Shown here one piece after another: positions 30,013-40,811 of a stretch of DNA of 64,000 bases (the stretch's first letter is position 1; each line of letters begins with the position of its first letter). The stretch is from a bacterium (lineage in GTDB: Bacteria > Zhuqueibacterota > Zhuqueibacteria > Residuimicrobiales > Krinioviventaceae): the NCBI GenBank assembly GCA_963675755.2, contig CAXXMD010000003.1, positions 2,752,001 to 2,816,000 on the forward strand. The letters run 5' to 3'. The position numbers and the translations under genes were made by a program. Under the pieces are notes generated by a model. That model did not search any database, was not told where the DNA came from, and saw only the letters and a list, made by a program, of their open reading frames with translations.

Positions 30013-32190
30013 TTATCTTAAATAGGTTATTTTAACGGTTTCGTTGATATCACCCATTGAACATTGTACCAGGTAGAGTCCTGTGCTAACGGGCAGGCCC
30101 TGATTATTGGTACCATCCCAGTGGATATTGAGCTGATACTCTTCTTTTGGCATATTGTAAGAGAATTCTCTTACAATGCGCCCCAGAATATCAATGATCC
30201 GTATATTCATATCTCGATCGTAGGAGGCAGGCGGCAGGTTAAACTGTACTGTAACTCTGGAGTTGAACGGATTTGGAAACGCCTGCATGTTAAAGTCGAG
30301 TGGTACCTCAACATTTTCTTCAATAGGCTGTCCCTCAGATTGATAGTAGGTGGTGTCTACTTCAGTCAGGCGCTTAAAGCCTTTATAACCGGATGGTGCC
30401 GGGACAACAAATCCGCAATAGGGACTAAGAATGTTGTTTTCTTTAGAGAATTGCGCAATTTTTTCGATTGTAGCAAAACTTTGGGGCTGCTCTAATAAAT
30501 CCAGTAAGTAGCGGGCATAATATATTTGAGATATATATTTATTATGACTTGTTCTGATTGTATCAATATTGCTGATTGATTTTCTCAAGGTTTCACCATC
30601 AACCTGACCATAAAAAACGGCTTCTAATGGCAAGTCTCCTTCAAATCGTCCCATTTCCTGCAACGGATAGGTAATGGGATAATGGGTTTTACCGTCATTT
30701 AGATCATATTTGGTAAAGGAATACCCGCCAGACGGAACCATTTCCAGTTTGACCAGATCAGCGGCAGGTGCAAATACCTCTGCAATTTCCAATTCAAGGT
30801 TTGCAGGTGTTATATTCGTTGTAACAATCATCCCTCCGCTACTCATGCGGGCAAGATTTTGGTATAAATACTCATTGCCATAATAAACAGTGCCATTAAT
30901 GTACAGGTAATTTGTACGATATGATGAACGACAATCCATAAAACTGTGTTTTACCGGATATTTCAGCTGGTAATAAGAAAGATCCATGATCTCATTTGCG
31001 GTTTCCGGCGGGTTACAGTGTTTAACAGCATTAGATAGTACCCACAGCTCTCCATTCGTCTTTGCAGAGTTGAAATAATCTTTGGATGCACGTAATAACT
31101 GGGGCAGCCCACTGATTTGTACACTGTTGAGAGTAGCGACTTTGGTGAACATTGCCGAAATATTTGCCTGTGTAGCAGAAACAAAAGATGGATATAGTGT
31201 TTTGGGAGCAAATCCATCAATAAAGATCATATTAATCGAGTCAGTTGGCGAAAGGGTTAATGCGGTAATTGTTTTATATTTATTGATGAGTTCCTCACGT
31301 GTGTGATAATAACCTACTTCTGTGCCCAAATCATACAACAAAAGTATTTTTTTTTCTAGCCTGTCAGTGGTTGATACCGGAGGTAACATTAATGTGTGAT
31401 AAAAATTATCTTTATCTGTTTTAAAAAAATGCACTTCAGGGTCGGTTGAATAAGGTCGCTGCCATTTGATTTCAAAATCTCTTCGCCAACTGTTGCTGCT
31501 GTTAAATTGACCTCCCCAGGTCCACCAGTTATTAGACCATTTTATATATTCAGAAGGCCATTCATCTGTTTCAGGTTTACTGTTTGGGTATTCAATGTCT
31601 CTGAATTTTATAGTATAATTGACATTAGAATAATCGTTATTTAATAGAAATTCACGCGTATAAATCCAACCTCGCATTGAATTAATATCAATGGTGTTTT
31701 GTGTTATAAAAGTGATTTTTACTGAAAACGTATTTGGGTAGTAAATTGGTCCAAAATTTAATTGATGTGTTTTGGTTTGATTGCCATAATAATTTCTGGA
31801 TACAAGTTCTCTCATGAGAAAACGTGGATTGATATAATTTGAGTTATTATATTTATCTTCTGCATCCAGAACATTTTCCGGTTCAGCTTTGATCCAGGTG
31901 TTTTCAGGTTTAAAATAAGCTTCGGTTACCACAGCGTCTTGTGGTAAACTAAGAACCCAGGTGACTTCAAAAGGTTGTCCGGTAGGTGTACTGCCACGTC
32001 GTTGTACCATTTGGTAAGAACATTCAATGGTATGCCTGGTAAAACCGAAAAAGCTTTCACATTCTACTGAAAAGCCACTTGTACCAAAATAACTCCAGGA
32101 TTCGTTGTTGTTTTGTAATCCCCTTGCCTGCATGTATGCAAAGCTCTGTGCCGAGAATATAAGGAGAAATGCAATAACAGTTTTTTTCAT
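30013..32190 (-). CDS. Divergent VIT + vWA-like secreted protein with CTD
   Basis: ATG 32190 after AGGAGG; LPQDAVVTE VIT-like motif, KILLLYD, ILSPYCGFVV; FPNPFN tail. Confidence 0.75.
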   Translation of the reverse strand: MKKTVIAFLLIFSAQSFAYMQARGLQNNNESWSYFGTSGFSVECESFFGFTRHTIECSYQMVQRRGSTPTGQPFEVTWVLSLPQDAVVTEAYFKPENTWIKAEPENVLDAEDKYNNSNYINPRFLMRELVSRNYYGNQTKTHQLNFGPIYYPNTFSVKITFITQNTIDINSMRGWIYTREFLLNNDYSNVNYTIKFRDIEYPNSKPETDEWPSEYIKWSNNWWTWGGQFNSSNSWRRDFEIKWQRPYSTDPEVHFFKTDKDNFYHTLMLPPVSTTDRLEKKILLLYDLGTEVGYYHTREELINKYKTITALTLSPTDSINMIFIDGFAPKTLYPSFVSATQANISAMFTKVATLNSVQISGLPQLLRASKDYFNSAKTNGELWVLSNAVKHCNPPETANEIMDLSYYQLKYPVKHSFMDCRSSYRTNYLYINGTVYYGNEYLYQNLARMSSGGMIVTTNITPANLELEIAEVFAPAADLVKLEMVPSGGYSFTKYDLNDGKTHYPITYPLQEMGRFEGDLPLEAVFYGQVDGETLRKSISNIDTIRTSHNKYISQIYYARYLLDLLEQPQSFATIEKIAQFSKENNILSPYCGFVVPAPSGYKGFKRLTEVDTTYYQSEGQPIEENVEVPLDFNMQAFPNPFNSRVTVQFNLPPASYDRDMNIRIIDILGRIVREFSYNMPKEEYQLNIHWDGTNNQGLPVSTGLYLVQCSMGDINETVKITYLR

Positions 32191-32212
32191 GATTCCCTCC
32201 TTGTTTAGATAA

Positions 32213-32242
32213 TCCCCGGGAGTTAAAATCTCCCGGGGGGAT
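32213..32242 (-). other. GC-rich intergenic hairpin without U-tract
   Basis: ccccgggag-N7-ctcccgggg. Confidence 0.7.
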
Positions 32243-32246
32243 AGTA

Positions 32247-34232
32247 CTATTTCACAAAACTCATTTTTTTGCTCAAGGTAAAGCGTTGTCCAAAGACATT
32301 TGTGTACTCGATCTGGTAGAGGTATATACCCGCAGCAACCAGATGGCCGCTTAGGTCTGTGCCGTTCCATGCCAGAGAATGCGTGCCTGCCTGTTGGGTA
32401 TTGTTGTATAATACATTCACCAGTCGTCCGGTGATATCATAAATCTTGATGGTCACATGTCCCGAGGACGGGATGCTGTAACTGATGGTTGTAGACGGAT
32501 TGAAAGGATTAGGATAGTTTGCGTTCAGACTCAATCGGTGTGGGAAAATTTCTGTGGGTTCAGCTACATTCGTGGCAGTATGAGAAACAAAAAACGCGTT
32601 TATGTCTTCACTCCAAAGACTATCGCCATTCAGGTTCAATGCCAATACTTTCCAGAAATAGGTTTGCCCTTGAGTGAAATCGCTCAGCTTTTTTGTCGTA
32701 TCTTGTTCAATATTTACAATTGTCGGATTGTTAAATTCGACATTGTCTGCCAGGTAAAGTTTGTACGGAGTAGTTATTTCTGGTAAATCATCTTGCTCCT
32801 GTCCTGATGCCCATTTGAAAAGGGGAGCAGTAGTTGATATGGTTTGATCATTCAACGGTTCCAGAAGAGAAAAGGATTTCAATTTACGTGAAAAGTTTTT
32901 TGGCATAATTTTGCAATTAAACTCGTATGGTCTGCTTGCCATTCTTTTTAACCAGCAAGCCATAAATTTGTTTTCTGTTTTAAAGAAAAAGAAAGGGTTG
33001 CAAAAATTATATTTGTTAAAACTGTTAGAGATGATGAATTCTTTGGTAAGAGGGGTTAAGTTCTTGTCTAACAACATACAACTGGTATTGCTTGGAGAAT
33101 TTTCACGATTCCCCCAATACATAAAAAAAGTATCATCTATCTTTTGTATTGAAATGTTATATCTTGTTTCCTTCGGAAAGCTGGAAATCAAGGTAGGTTC
33201 TGATATGTTCAATTCGAGGTCAAGCGAATAATAGTAAACTTTGCTGTTTTCATTAGATGAGTAACCAGGAATACTGGATTTGAATATTATGATTTCATTA
33301 TTATCTAAGAGAAATGGGGTGAAAAATTTTTCATACCAGTATGTATAATTGCTCAAGAATTTGGGTTCACTGATGATCAAGCTGTTATTGTTTGTTATAG
33401 TTACAGCTGAAAATGTAAAAGTTGATTCATTATGATGATCATAAAGTAGTATGATGGAACCATCATCTTTTTCAATAAAAGGTTTGTATGCTTTTTCTAT
33501 ACTTCTGCCCAACACATATGTTTTGATACTATTATAATTGCCTGATTCATCAAAGAATTGAATACTGAAAAAATCCTGAAAATCTCGCCAGCCAGCAATA
33601 AAGCCGTTGTTTGACAATGGAGTAATACTAATAGTTTGGTATTTATATGATTGCGGATACGAATCAATTGGGAAATAACTGCCTACTTTTTGACATAGAG
33701 GAGTTAATATTTGTGCATAATATTTGCCATAATAATCATAGTTGTGATTATCATTTAATTCAAACCATACAACTAGAAAATTGTCATTTTTAAGTTTGAT
33801 GAAATGTGTAATGATAACACCATACCCCTGGGTGTCTGGATTTAATCTGCATTCATCACCAACAGGCTCTCCGGTTTCTGTATATCTCTGTACAACAACT
33901 TTGGATACATCTTTTTGACAACAAGTAAGAAATTGGTTATTGTTTACAGCACTAACTAAAAATGGTCTATGTCTGTATTTGACTTCCACTTCATTATACA
34001 GCTTTTCACCTGATGGAGAAAGGATTTGAAATCCCATAGTATTTAAACCATAGGTGATTACAATATTGCCATTTTCCAGTATTGCATAATCTGAATTTTT
34101 ATAAATTCCAATTTCTACGTTTGAATTTAACTGGATTTCAGGATAATACGGTTGTGAAAATAATGGGTGAGCTATTATTATTGTGAAGAAAAAGAAAAGG
34201 ATATATTTTAGATTCTTATAATCAAAACACAT
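32247..34232 (-). CDS. Secreted propeller-like + FnIII/Ig-like protein with CTD (paralog of 23117..25051)
   Basis: Shares P-x2-DQ-x-I-x2-T-x-P-x-F-x-W, TYFW-x-V-x-A-x-N, WS-x3-NAFFV with the 23117 gene; likely start ATG 34232. Confidence 0.8.
   Translation of the reverse strand: MCFDYKNLKYILFFFFTIIIAHPLFSQPYYPEIQLNSNVEIGIYKNSDYAILENGNIVITYGLNTMGFQILSPSGEKLYNEVEVKYRHRPFLVSAVNNNQFLTCCQKDVSKVVVQRYTETGEPVGDECRLNPDTQGYGVIITHFIKLKNDNFLVVWFELNDNHNYDYYGKYYAQILTPLCQKVGSYFPIDSYPQSYKYQTISITPLSNNGFIAGWRDFQDFFSIQFFDESGNYNSIKTYVLGRSIEKAYKPFIEKDDGSIILLYDHHNESTFTFSAVTITNNNSLIISEPKFLSNYTYWYEKFFTPFLLDNNEIIIFKSSIPGYSSNENSKVYYYSLDLELNISEPTLISSFPKETRYNISIQKIDDTFFMYWGNRENSPSNTSCMLLDKNLTPLTKEFIISNSFNKYNFCNPFFFFKTENKFMACWLKRMASRPYEFNCKIMPKNFSRKLKSFSLLEPLNDQTISTTAPLFKWASGQEQDDLPEITTPYKLYLADNVEFNNPTIVNIEQDTTKKLSDFTQGQTYFWKVLALNLNGDSLWSEDINAFFVSHTATNVAEPTEIFPHRLSLNANYPNPFNPSTTISYSIPSSGHVTIKIYDITGRLVNVLYNNTQQAGTHSLAWNGTDLSGHLVAAGIYLYQIEYTNVFGQRFTLSKKMSFVK
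32250..32518 (-). repeat. CTD-coding direct repeat family 2; second copy about 34293-34561
   Basis: About 270 nt nearly identical; CTD proteins differ at one residue by eye (DLSGH/DLNGH). Confidence 0.95.
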
Positions 34233-34250
34233 GTTTAACCCCAAAAGTTT

Positions 34251-34285
34251 AGCGTTAGAGATTATTCAATCTCTAACGCTTTTTT
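34251..34285. terminator. Hairpin between the VIT/vWA gene and the inserted passenger gene
   Basis: agcgttagagatt-attc-aatctctaacgct, flanked by A/T runs. Confidence 0.55.
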
Positions 34286-34289
34286 AAAA

Positions 34290-36371
34290 TTATTTCACAA
34301 AACTCATTTTTTTGCTCAAGGTAAAGCGTTGACCAAAGACATTTGTGTACTCGATCTGGTAGAGGTATATACCCGCAGCAACCAGATGGCCGTTCAGGTC
34401 TGTGCCGTTCCATGCCAGAGAATGCGTGCCTGCCTGTTGGGTATTGTTGTATAATACATTCACCAGCCGTCCGGTGATATCATAAATCTTGATGGTCACA
34501 TGTCCCGAAGACGGGATGCTGTAACTGATGGTTGTTGATGGATTGAAAGGATTTGGATAATTCTGGTTCAATACAAATTCTTCCGGTACAATGATATCCT
34601 TGTCAATATCTGTGCTCGGATCAGAGTAGAATGCGGTATAGGGAGTAAGGATCTGGAATTTTAAAGACAGTTCAATGACCTGGTCCACCAGTTCATCCAG
34701 TTCACCATAGATGGCAATTTGGTCTAACAGATAATCGATTTTAGCTTTTGCCCACAAACGGGGGATAAAGCGGTGCCCGCCCGGTTGACGGCTGAATCCC
34801 GCATCGGACATGAAGCTTTTCTGCTGACCGCTAACTTCTCCCGTCAGGTATACTTTGAAATTACCTTCATTAGTATAAATACCCATCTGCATGACCTGGT
34901 TTCCCCAAAACAAGTCGGGCAGGGGACGTGGATACTTGTCGGATGTGCTTAATCCTTCAATCTTGATGTCCAGATCTGTCAATACCGGTTTGGATATACG
35001 TTGGAAATGATTGCTGATGGTTGTATAGATATCGTCATCCTCTGTGATAAATTCCGCGTAACCGCCGTTTTCGACCGCCATCTGAACCAAAAGCTGCTCG
35101 CTTACATCTTCTCCCACACCAAAAGAGAAAATGCGTACATCCTGGGTATTATACTCGGCAACATTTGCAAGGATATTGGGGATAAATGTTTCTCCCCAGG
35201 TGGGGTATCCATCTGTAAGGAAAACCAGCATGTTTGAAAATTCATTGGAAAAAGATTGGTTGAGTGATACCTGCATAGCTTCGTCGATATTGGTCAGCCC
35301 CAAAGCGCCAATATTGGTAACAAATGCCTGGGCTTCGTTGATCTTGTCCGGCGTTGCGTAAACCAGATTGCTCTTGAACAGTTGCACAGTTGTGCCAAAG
35401 GTGATAATGTTAAACTGATCATCCTGCTGCAGATTGTCTAAAAATGCCATTAAAGATTCTTTTAGCTGAATGATGCGTGTCCCTTCCATACTGGAGGATA
35501 CATCTGCGGTGAATACGATTTTTTTGGGTATATCTTCATCGTCCGAAATTTCATCCGGCGGGGTGATCCAGGTTGCGTAATACGAGTCATCCCCTATAGA
35601 GTCATCTTCCGTGGGCGTATATGTGAGTACATTTACTTGTACCTGCTCGCGGATGGTTTCAAACTGAACCGTCAGGTCCTGGGTTGGGACAAAATTTTCG
35701 TCTCCAAAAATTAAATTGTATTTATTTTCGCTTTCTTTGGTGATATTCAGCGCGGTTGAAGAATCCATTCCCGGTGTGTCAACGGATTTGATATTGTTTT
35801 CTGTTACAATGGTACCGGAGACGGACACCCGTTCGAGCGGTTTGGGCGATATTTCTGTTGCATTGAGCAGAAATGTATAATCAATAGTACCAAATTCATA
35901 AGGCAGCAGTTCAACATATGTGATTTTTACGCGTACATCGGAAGCACCAAAGATGGGGGCAATGCTGAGTCGGTATAAATTATTACCCAGGTATTCTAGC
36001 AGTGCAGGATCAAGGTATTGCCTGATTTTTTCATTGTATTCCTGCTTGGCTTCTTCACGTTCTTTGATTGCACCTTCGTACCATTCACCATTGAACCAGT
36101 AAAATAATTCGGTGACCACTGCATTGTCCGGTAACGGGAAAATACAAACGGCTTCAACTGTTTGATTGAGCTCATTTCTAAACACCTGGTCAATATAGGT
36201 GACTGCTATCTGGCCTTCAATTTCCACAGTTGCATCAACGCTTTTGATCCAGACCTTGTCGTACTCGGTATTACTGCCAAGTGGACGACTAAACAGGGCG
36301 CCAAGTGCAAAGACAGATTGCGCGCTTGCAAAAACCAGCAAAAATATAATTAATGTCTTTTTTGCGTTCAT
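34290..36371 (-). CDS. VIT + vWA (inter-alpha-trypsin-inhibitor-heavy-chain-like) secreted protein with CTD
   Basis: F-x-N...EA...FPLP-x2-A VIT motif, MIDAS DVSSS, FLTDG, FGVG, RLWAK-x-KI, LTPYTAF. Confidence 0.92.
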   Translation of the reverse strand: MNAKKTLIIFLLVFASAQSVFALGALFSRPLGSNTEYDKVWIKSVDATVEIEGQIAVTYIDQVFRNELNQTVEAVCIFPLPDNAVVTELFYWFNGEWYEGAIKEREEAKQEYNEKIRQYLDPALLEYLGNNLYRLSIAPIFGASDVRVKITYVELLPYEFGTIDYTFLLNATEISPKPLERVSVSGTIVTENNIKSVDTPGMDSSTALNITKESENKYNLIFGDENFVPTQDLTVQFETIREQVQVNVLTYTPTEDDSIGDDSYYATWITPPDEISDDEDIPKKIVFTADVSSSMEGTRIIQLKESLMAFLDNLQQDDQFNIITFGTTVQLFKSNLVYATPDKINEAQAFVTNIGALGLTNIDEAMQVSLNQSFSNEFSNMLVFLTDGYPTWGETFIPNILANVAEYNTQDVRIFSFGVGEDVSEQLLVQMAVENGGYAEFITEDDDIYTTISNHFQRISKPVLTDLDIKIEGLSTSDKYPRPLPDLFWGNQVMQMGIYTNEGNFKVYLTGEVSGQQKSFMSDAGFSRQPGGHRFIPRLWAKAKIDYLLDQIAIYGELDELVDQVIELSLKFQILTPYTAFYSDPSTDIDKDIIVPEEFVLNQNYPNPFNPSTTISYSIPSSGHVTIKIYDITGRLVNVLYNNTQQAGTHSLAWNGTDLNGHLVAAGIYLYQIEYTNVFGQRFTLSKKMSFVK

Positions 36372-36382
36372 GATTTTTCCCT

Positions 36383-38413
36383 TTATTTTAAGAGTGTAAT
36401 TTTTGTTGAGCTAATATGATCACCAATCTGTAAAAATACGATATATGTGCCACTGGGTAATGCATTGCCATAAAAGTCTATGCCATTGAACCGGATCTCG
36501 TGCATTCCGGGTTCAAGGTGAGATATATCAATTACGGATACCAGTTGTCCCAATGCATTAAAGATTTTGATCAATTTTGTTTTCTCAGACCTAACGTCAG
36601 GAGATAGGTAAAACCGGATTGTGGTTGTTGGATTAAACGGATTCGGGTAATTTCCAACCAGATATGATTCCGGTACCTGTGCGCTGCCTGTTGACAGTTT
36701 ATCTATTGAGGTTGCCGGGGTTTCATAATCCGCAATATAAGCCGTATACCGGCATCTGATATTATATGCCAAGCTGATGCTTATCAATTCTTCTTTAAGA
36801 TCAGCGGTTTCGCCGTATATCTCAATCTCTTGTTCAAGAGCATCTATTTTTTCTTTAGCCCAGAAACGTTCTGTTACTTTGAGCGAATCTGTGCTGCTGT
36901 TGAAATCCAATTGTTTGTTGATGGATTGCGTTCCATCCGGTGACTTGCCAGCCATAGCAAAGGCAAAACTTCCGGGAGTAGAATAGCGTCCTGTCATAAA
37001 GAAACTGGTACCTGAATAGGTGGTAGGAAGCTTTTCGGGCAATACGTCATAAAGTTCCAACTCACCAAATTCAAAGGCTACTTCTTTTAAAATAGGCTTG
37101 CTAATTTTTTCAAAAACGCGCGTCATACCATCGTATAAATTTTCATCCTGATTAAAATAGGTTACAAATCCATAATTCAAAGCTGCAAGCATTTCCAAAC
37201 GTTCGTAACTGATATTTTCGCCAACCCCAATGGGGAATATGCCCGTTTTAAAAGTATTATTGCTTTCAATCAATTTTGGGTCTATTGTAGAATATCCGTT
37301 TGTAAAAGTCAATATTGCATTGCTATACGTATCATCTTTTATTTGTAATAGTGCGTCATCTAATCCACTACCCAAATTTGAACCGTAATGTGTGGTAATT
37401 CCTTCAAGATACGTTTTAGCAGCTTGTTTATATTCTTCTGTGGCAGGTACGGGAACAGTCTGCCAGCTAGTTGTACTGTAATTAGATAGTAAAATATTAA
37501 AATAATCTGTTTCCTGCAACAACTCTATCATGTGAGAAATGGATTTTATACTTTGGTCTAAAACATAACCTGCCATGTTGCTGGAATTATCCAGTAAAAA
37601 GATTATTCGTTTGGGGTAAATGTTGTTCGCATCCCTTATCGCCTTGGGGAGTACGAATAAACAAAAATGGCCATCTGTACTATCGTTTGCAACAGAGTAA
37701 AAATCTATCCCGGTTTCGCTGCTAACTGTGTTGTACCAGAATTCAATATCACGGTCTTGATAGCTTTTCGGCCAGATCATTTCAACCTTTATATGGTTGT
37801 CATCCTGGTTTATGATATTATAATCTGTATGCGTTGTGCAACCAAAACCGGTAATGGGTGTAATACTGTTAATGTTAACAGTGAATTGTAAATGGTCCAG
37901 CGGCAATTGAATAAAATTGCTCGTATCCAGAGGATATTTAAAGCTGGTTTTGCCCAGATAATAGTCACAATGTTGGACATATGTTAAACGTACTTTTTGT
38001 ATTTCACCCGCTTTAATATTTCGCAAAGCTATCTTGATTCCATTGCGACCAATGTATTCGTTAACCTCTGCAATAATACCGCCTTCACCTGTGCCGGGGT
38101 TAACAGCCTGTTCTTTTACTTTCAGCACAGCTTTATAAATAGTATCGTCCTGCCAGTACAGAAATTCTGTAGCCCGTGCATTGGGAGGCAGGGGAAAAGA
38201 GTAAACCGCATCGGTTTTGTCATTGCTTTCGTTTAAAAATTCCTGATAGACAATTGTTTCAGCCATTAAACTGTTGATATTGATCGTTACGCGGGTGACG
38301 CGGTTCATCATAAAATCTTTGGGATAATTTTCATTCGTGGGTACCATCAAGCCGTCTGCAAGCGCGAATGAAAAACCAACCAATACGAGTAATGTGATTA
38401 TAAATTTTTTCAT
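36383..38413 (-). CDS. VIT + vWA secreted protein with CTD
   Basis: ATG 38413 (MKKF); DAVYSFPLP VIT motif, IFLLDNSSN, FTNG, RFWAKEKI. Confidence 0.9.
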   Translation of the reverse strand: MKKFIITLLVLVGFSFALADGLMVPTNENYPKDFMMNRVTRVTININSLMAETIVYQEFLNESNDKTDAVYSFPLPPNARATEFLYWQDDTIYKAVLKVKEQAVNPGTGEGGIIAEVNEYIGRNGIKIALRNIKAGEIQKVRLTYVQHCDYYLGKTSFKYPLDTSNFIQLPLDHLQFTVNINSITPITGFGCTTHTDYNIINQDDNHIKVEMIWPKSYQDRDIEFWYNTVSSETGIDFYSVANDSTDGHFCLFVLPKAIRDANNIYPKRIIFLLDNSSNMAGYVLDQSIKSISHMIELLQETDYFNILLSNYSTTSWQTVPVPATEEYKQAAKTYLEGITTHYGSNLGSGLDDALLQIKDDTYSNAILTFTNGYSTIDPKLIESNNTFKTGIFPIGVGENISYERLEMLAALNYGFVTYFNQDENLYDGMTRVFEKISKPILKEVAFEFGELELYDVLPEKLPTTYSGTSFFMTGRYSTPGSFAFAMAGKSPDGTQSINKQLDFNSSTDSLKVTERFWAKEKIDALEQEIEIYGETADLKEELISISLAYNIRCRYTAYIADYETPATSIDKLSTGSAQVPESYLVGNYPNPFNPTTTIRFYLSPDVRSEKTKLIKIFNALGQLVSVIDISHLEPGMHEIRFNGIDFYGNALPSGTYIVFLQIGDHISSTKITLLK

Positions 38414-38426
38414 GTTGTGCTCCTGT

Positions 38427-40750
38427 TTACTTGAGGTACAAAATTTTACGGATTTCATTTTTCAACTCGCCATTGTTCTGACGATGGCTCAATCTGACAA
38501 TATACATACCCCCACTCACCGGTATACCTTGCTCGTTTGTGGCATTCCAGATTAATCGGTTTGCTGTTTGGTTTGAGAGATCAAAGTGCCTGATCCGTTG
38601 ACCCAGTACATTATAGATGTCAACCCGGGCATCTTTTGAATTCTGCAATTGTATATCCAGTGTGATTTCCGGATTAAAGGGATTGGGATAACAGGCTATA
38701 GTTTCTGACTCGCTCACATAATCCGGTAAATAATATTCTGTTGTGGCTTCACCACCCAGTCCAGCATAGTGTATTTTGAGACGAAGCTGGGTAGAAGGTG
38801 CGGTAGGGTATTTACTTTTGAATGAAATTAAGTATTTATGTTGTGCTCTCATTCGGGATACGTCAAGAAGAATATCTCTGAAATTACCCCGAATATCATA
38901 AAAATTTCCACCGGTAGCATTGACAATGGGATCATAACTGGATGACTTGTAACCTGTTGAAGCAATTGCATGTACAGTTATATTATTAAGTAGCAGGTTG
39001 TTGATTACCTGATTCCTGTCCAGCGATGTGACATTGTCACTTTCATGATATCTTTCATCGGTTATCCAAATAATCATTCTTTTGGAATCATTTCTAAATG
39101 AAAATTGCGAAGCGTTCATTAATGCGTCGAGCGAGTTCTCTGGACTGTCACCGCCACCATGAGAGTATTGTTCATTGATCCATGATTTGAATTGATTGAT
39201 ATCACTGGTAAAGGGATAGGTGTTTTCAATTACGTCCAGAAAGGTTACCATTCCCAATTGATAATCAATTCCCCTCTCTGAAAGGCTGTCTGCAAATTCT
39301 ATGATATTATTTTTTACACCGGCAATTTCATCGCCCATGCTTCCTGTTACATCAAGAACAAATATTATATCGGCAGCGTTAACTCCACCGGTAGTATCTT
39401 TTAATAAACTGATTTGTTCAATACGTTGATCGTTTTCGTACAAAAATACATTTTCAGGCCGAAGATTGAGCAGCTTTTGACCGGTTTCTTCAATTTGTCC
39501 TGAAAATACCATTTGCAAGTCTGGATAGTTTTGGGTGATGAGAGAATCTATGGTGACTTCCAATCCTGTATCTGAAACGGGAGTTGCGGGTATTTTAACA
39601 TATCTGGAAAGGCTGTCGAGAACTGTACCGCCTTCATTAACAATGAGTCTGATCTTGACGATTTTTTCTTCATAGATCTCCCTGGTATGGAGCGGGAGTG
39701 ACATAAATGAACGTTCACTGGTAAGTGTGGTTTGATAGCTTTCATTGCTGCCATATATTTCATAAGGATTGTCGAGCAGAATATTAATATTGGGTGCGGT
39801 AAAATATTGATTGGTGCTCATCATTTCAACCGTGCTGGTAAAATCCTGAGGATACATGACATTGTCGCTCAAAATAAAATGATTTGGGCAATCCCAGCGT
39901 AGAAATACCGAAGTGCCAAATTCTGGAGATAATAATTCCAGGTATGCGGTTTGGGTTAACGTATCTCCACTGGCCAATGTTTTATCCTGCCAAAGAATTT
40001 CCAAAGCAGCATCATAAAGCACATGCTCATAGATTTCCGCATAGGGATTTTCAAATATGCGTTCCCAGTTGCCGGTAATGACTGTTGCATTAGGATCATC
40101 AAGACGCAGGCCCATTCGCATACCTCTTATTGTGCCATTATGCTCGGATATTTCAAAAAATTGTCCAGTTATGCTGCCCAATTCGTTGGTTTTGTCTTCA
40201 ATGTATCCATCGCCATAGCGCGAGAGTGCGGGATCAATCACCAATCCACCCCCAAGCTCATGACTTTCGGTATCATGATTTATGTAAGTCAGGTTGAATT
40301 GTGTGGTAATACCATCATTATGTGAGACCATTTCAAAGATTATTTCAATATTGCTTTCATTAATAAAATTAATAAAAAGCGAGCTATCGGTTTTTGAAGG
40401 ATAAAGATCACTTGTTGTTGGATAAAGTTCATCCATTCGCCCTTGTGATTGATCTATACTGAGCAGGGGATAGGATGTCATGGCGTAGGGATGTCCAAAC
40501 GTGAGGGTTTGTTTATTATCAAAAGGAGACCTGGAAAAGCCATCGTTGGATGTACCTAAAGTGAAATAGCCCCCGCTTATCATACTCATTTCAGAAAATG
40601 CAAGCTCGAGTTCAGCACTTGCATATGAATTGATTTGATTGTTTGTGGCTGAATTTTTTGCAAGTTTGGGGATTATATCATAATCCGCTTTGTTTAATGC
40701 AAAAACCTGCAAGCCAACAGTATAAATACAACTGTTAATTCTTTTTTCAT
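38427..40750 (-). CDS. vWA-domain secreted protein with CTD; apparent 1-nt frameshift in the signal peptide
   Basis: DIIFVLDVTGSM, GGGDSPE, ITD; ATG 40750 after GGAGG is out of frame with the ORF beginning TTG 40712. Confidence 0.78.
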
Positions 40751-40794
40751 GTTTCCTCCATATAATTTTTCCCCTGATATATCATGACTTGTTC

Positions 40795-40811
40795 ATTCAA
40801 CAACAATGCCA
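40795..40811 (-). promoter_or_regulatory. Sigma54 -24/-12-like promoter
   Basis: TGGCATTGTTGTTGAAT: canonical spacing, TTGA instead of TTGC; about 45 nt upstream of ATG 40750; activator gene nearby. Confidence 0.55.

Noticed and set aside
32250-34561. Diversity-generating retroelement TR/VR pair
   Set aside because: No reverse transcriptase in the window; both copies are coding and the differences are mostly synonymous and not adenine-specific
34610-34650. ITIH-like Asp-Pro autocleavage site (AFYSDP)
   Set aside because: Lacks the DPHF context and is absent from the neighbouring paralogs
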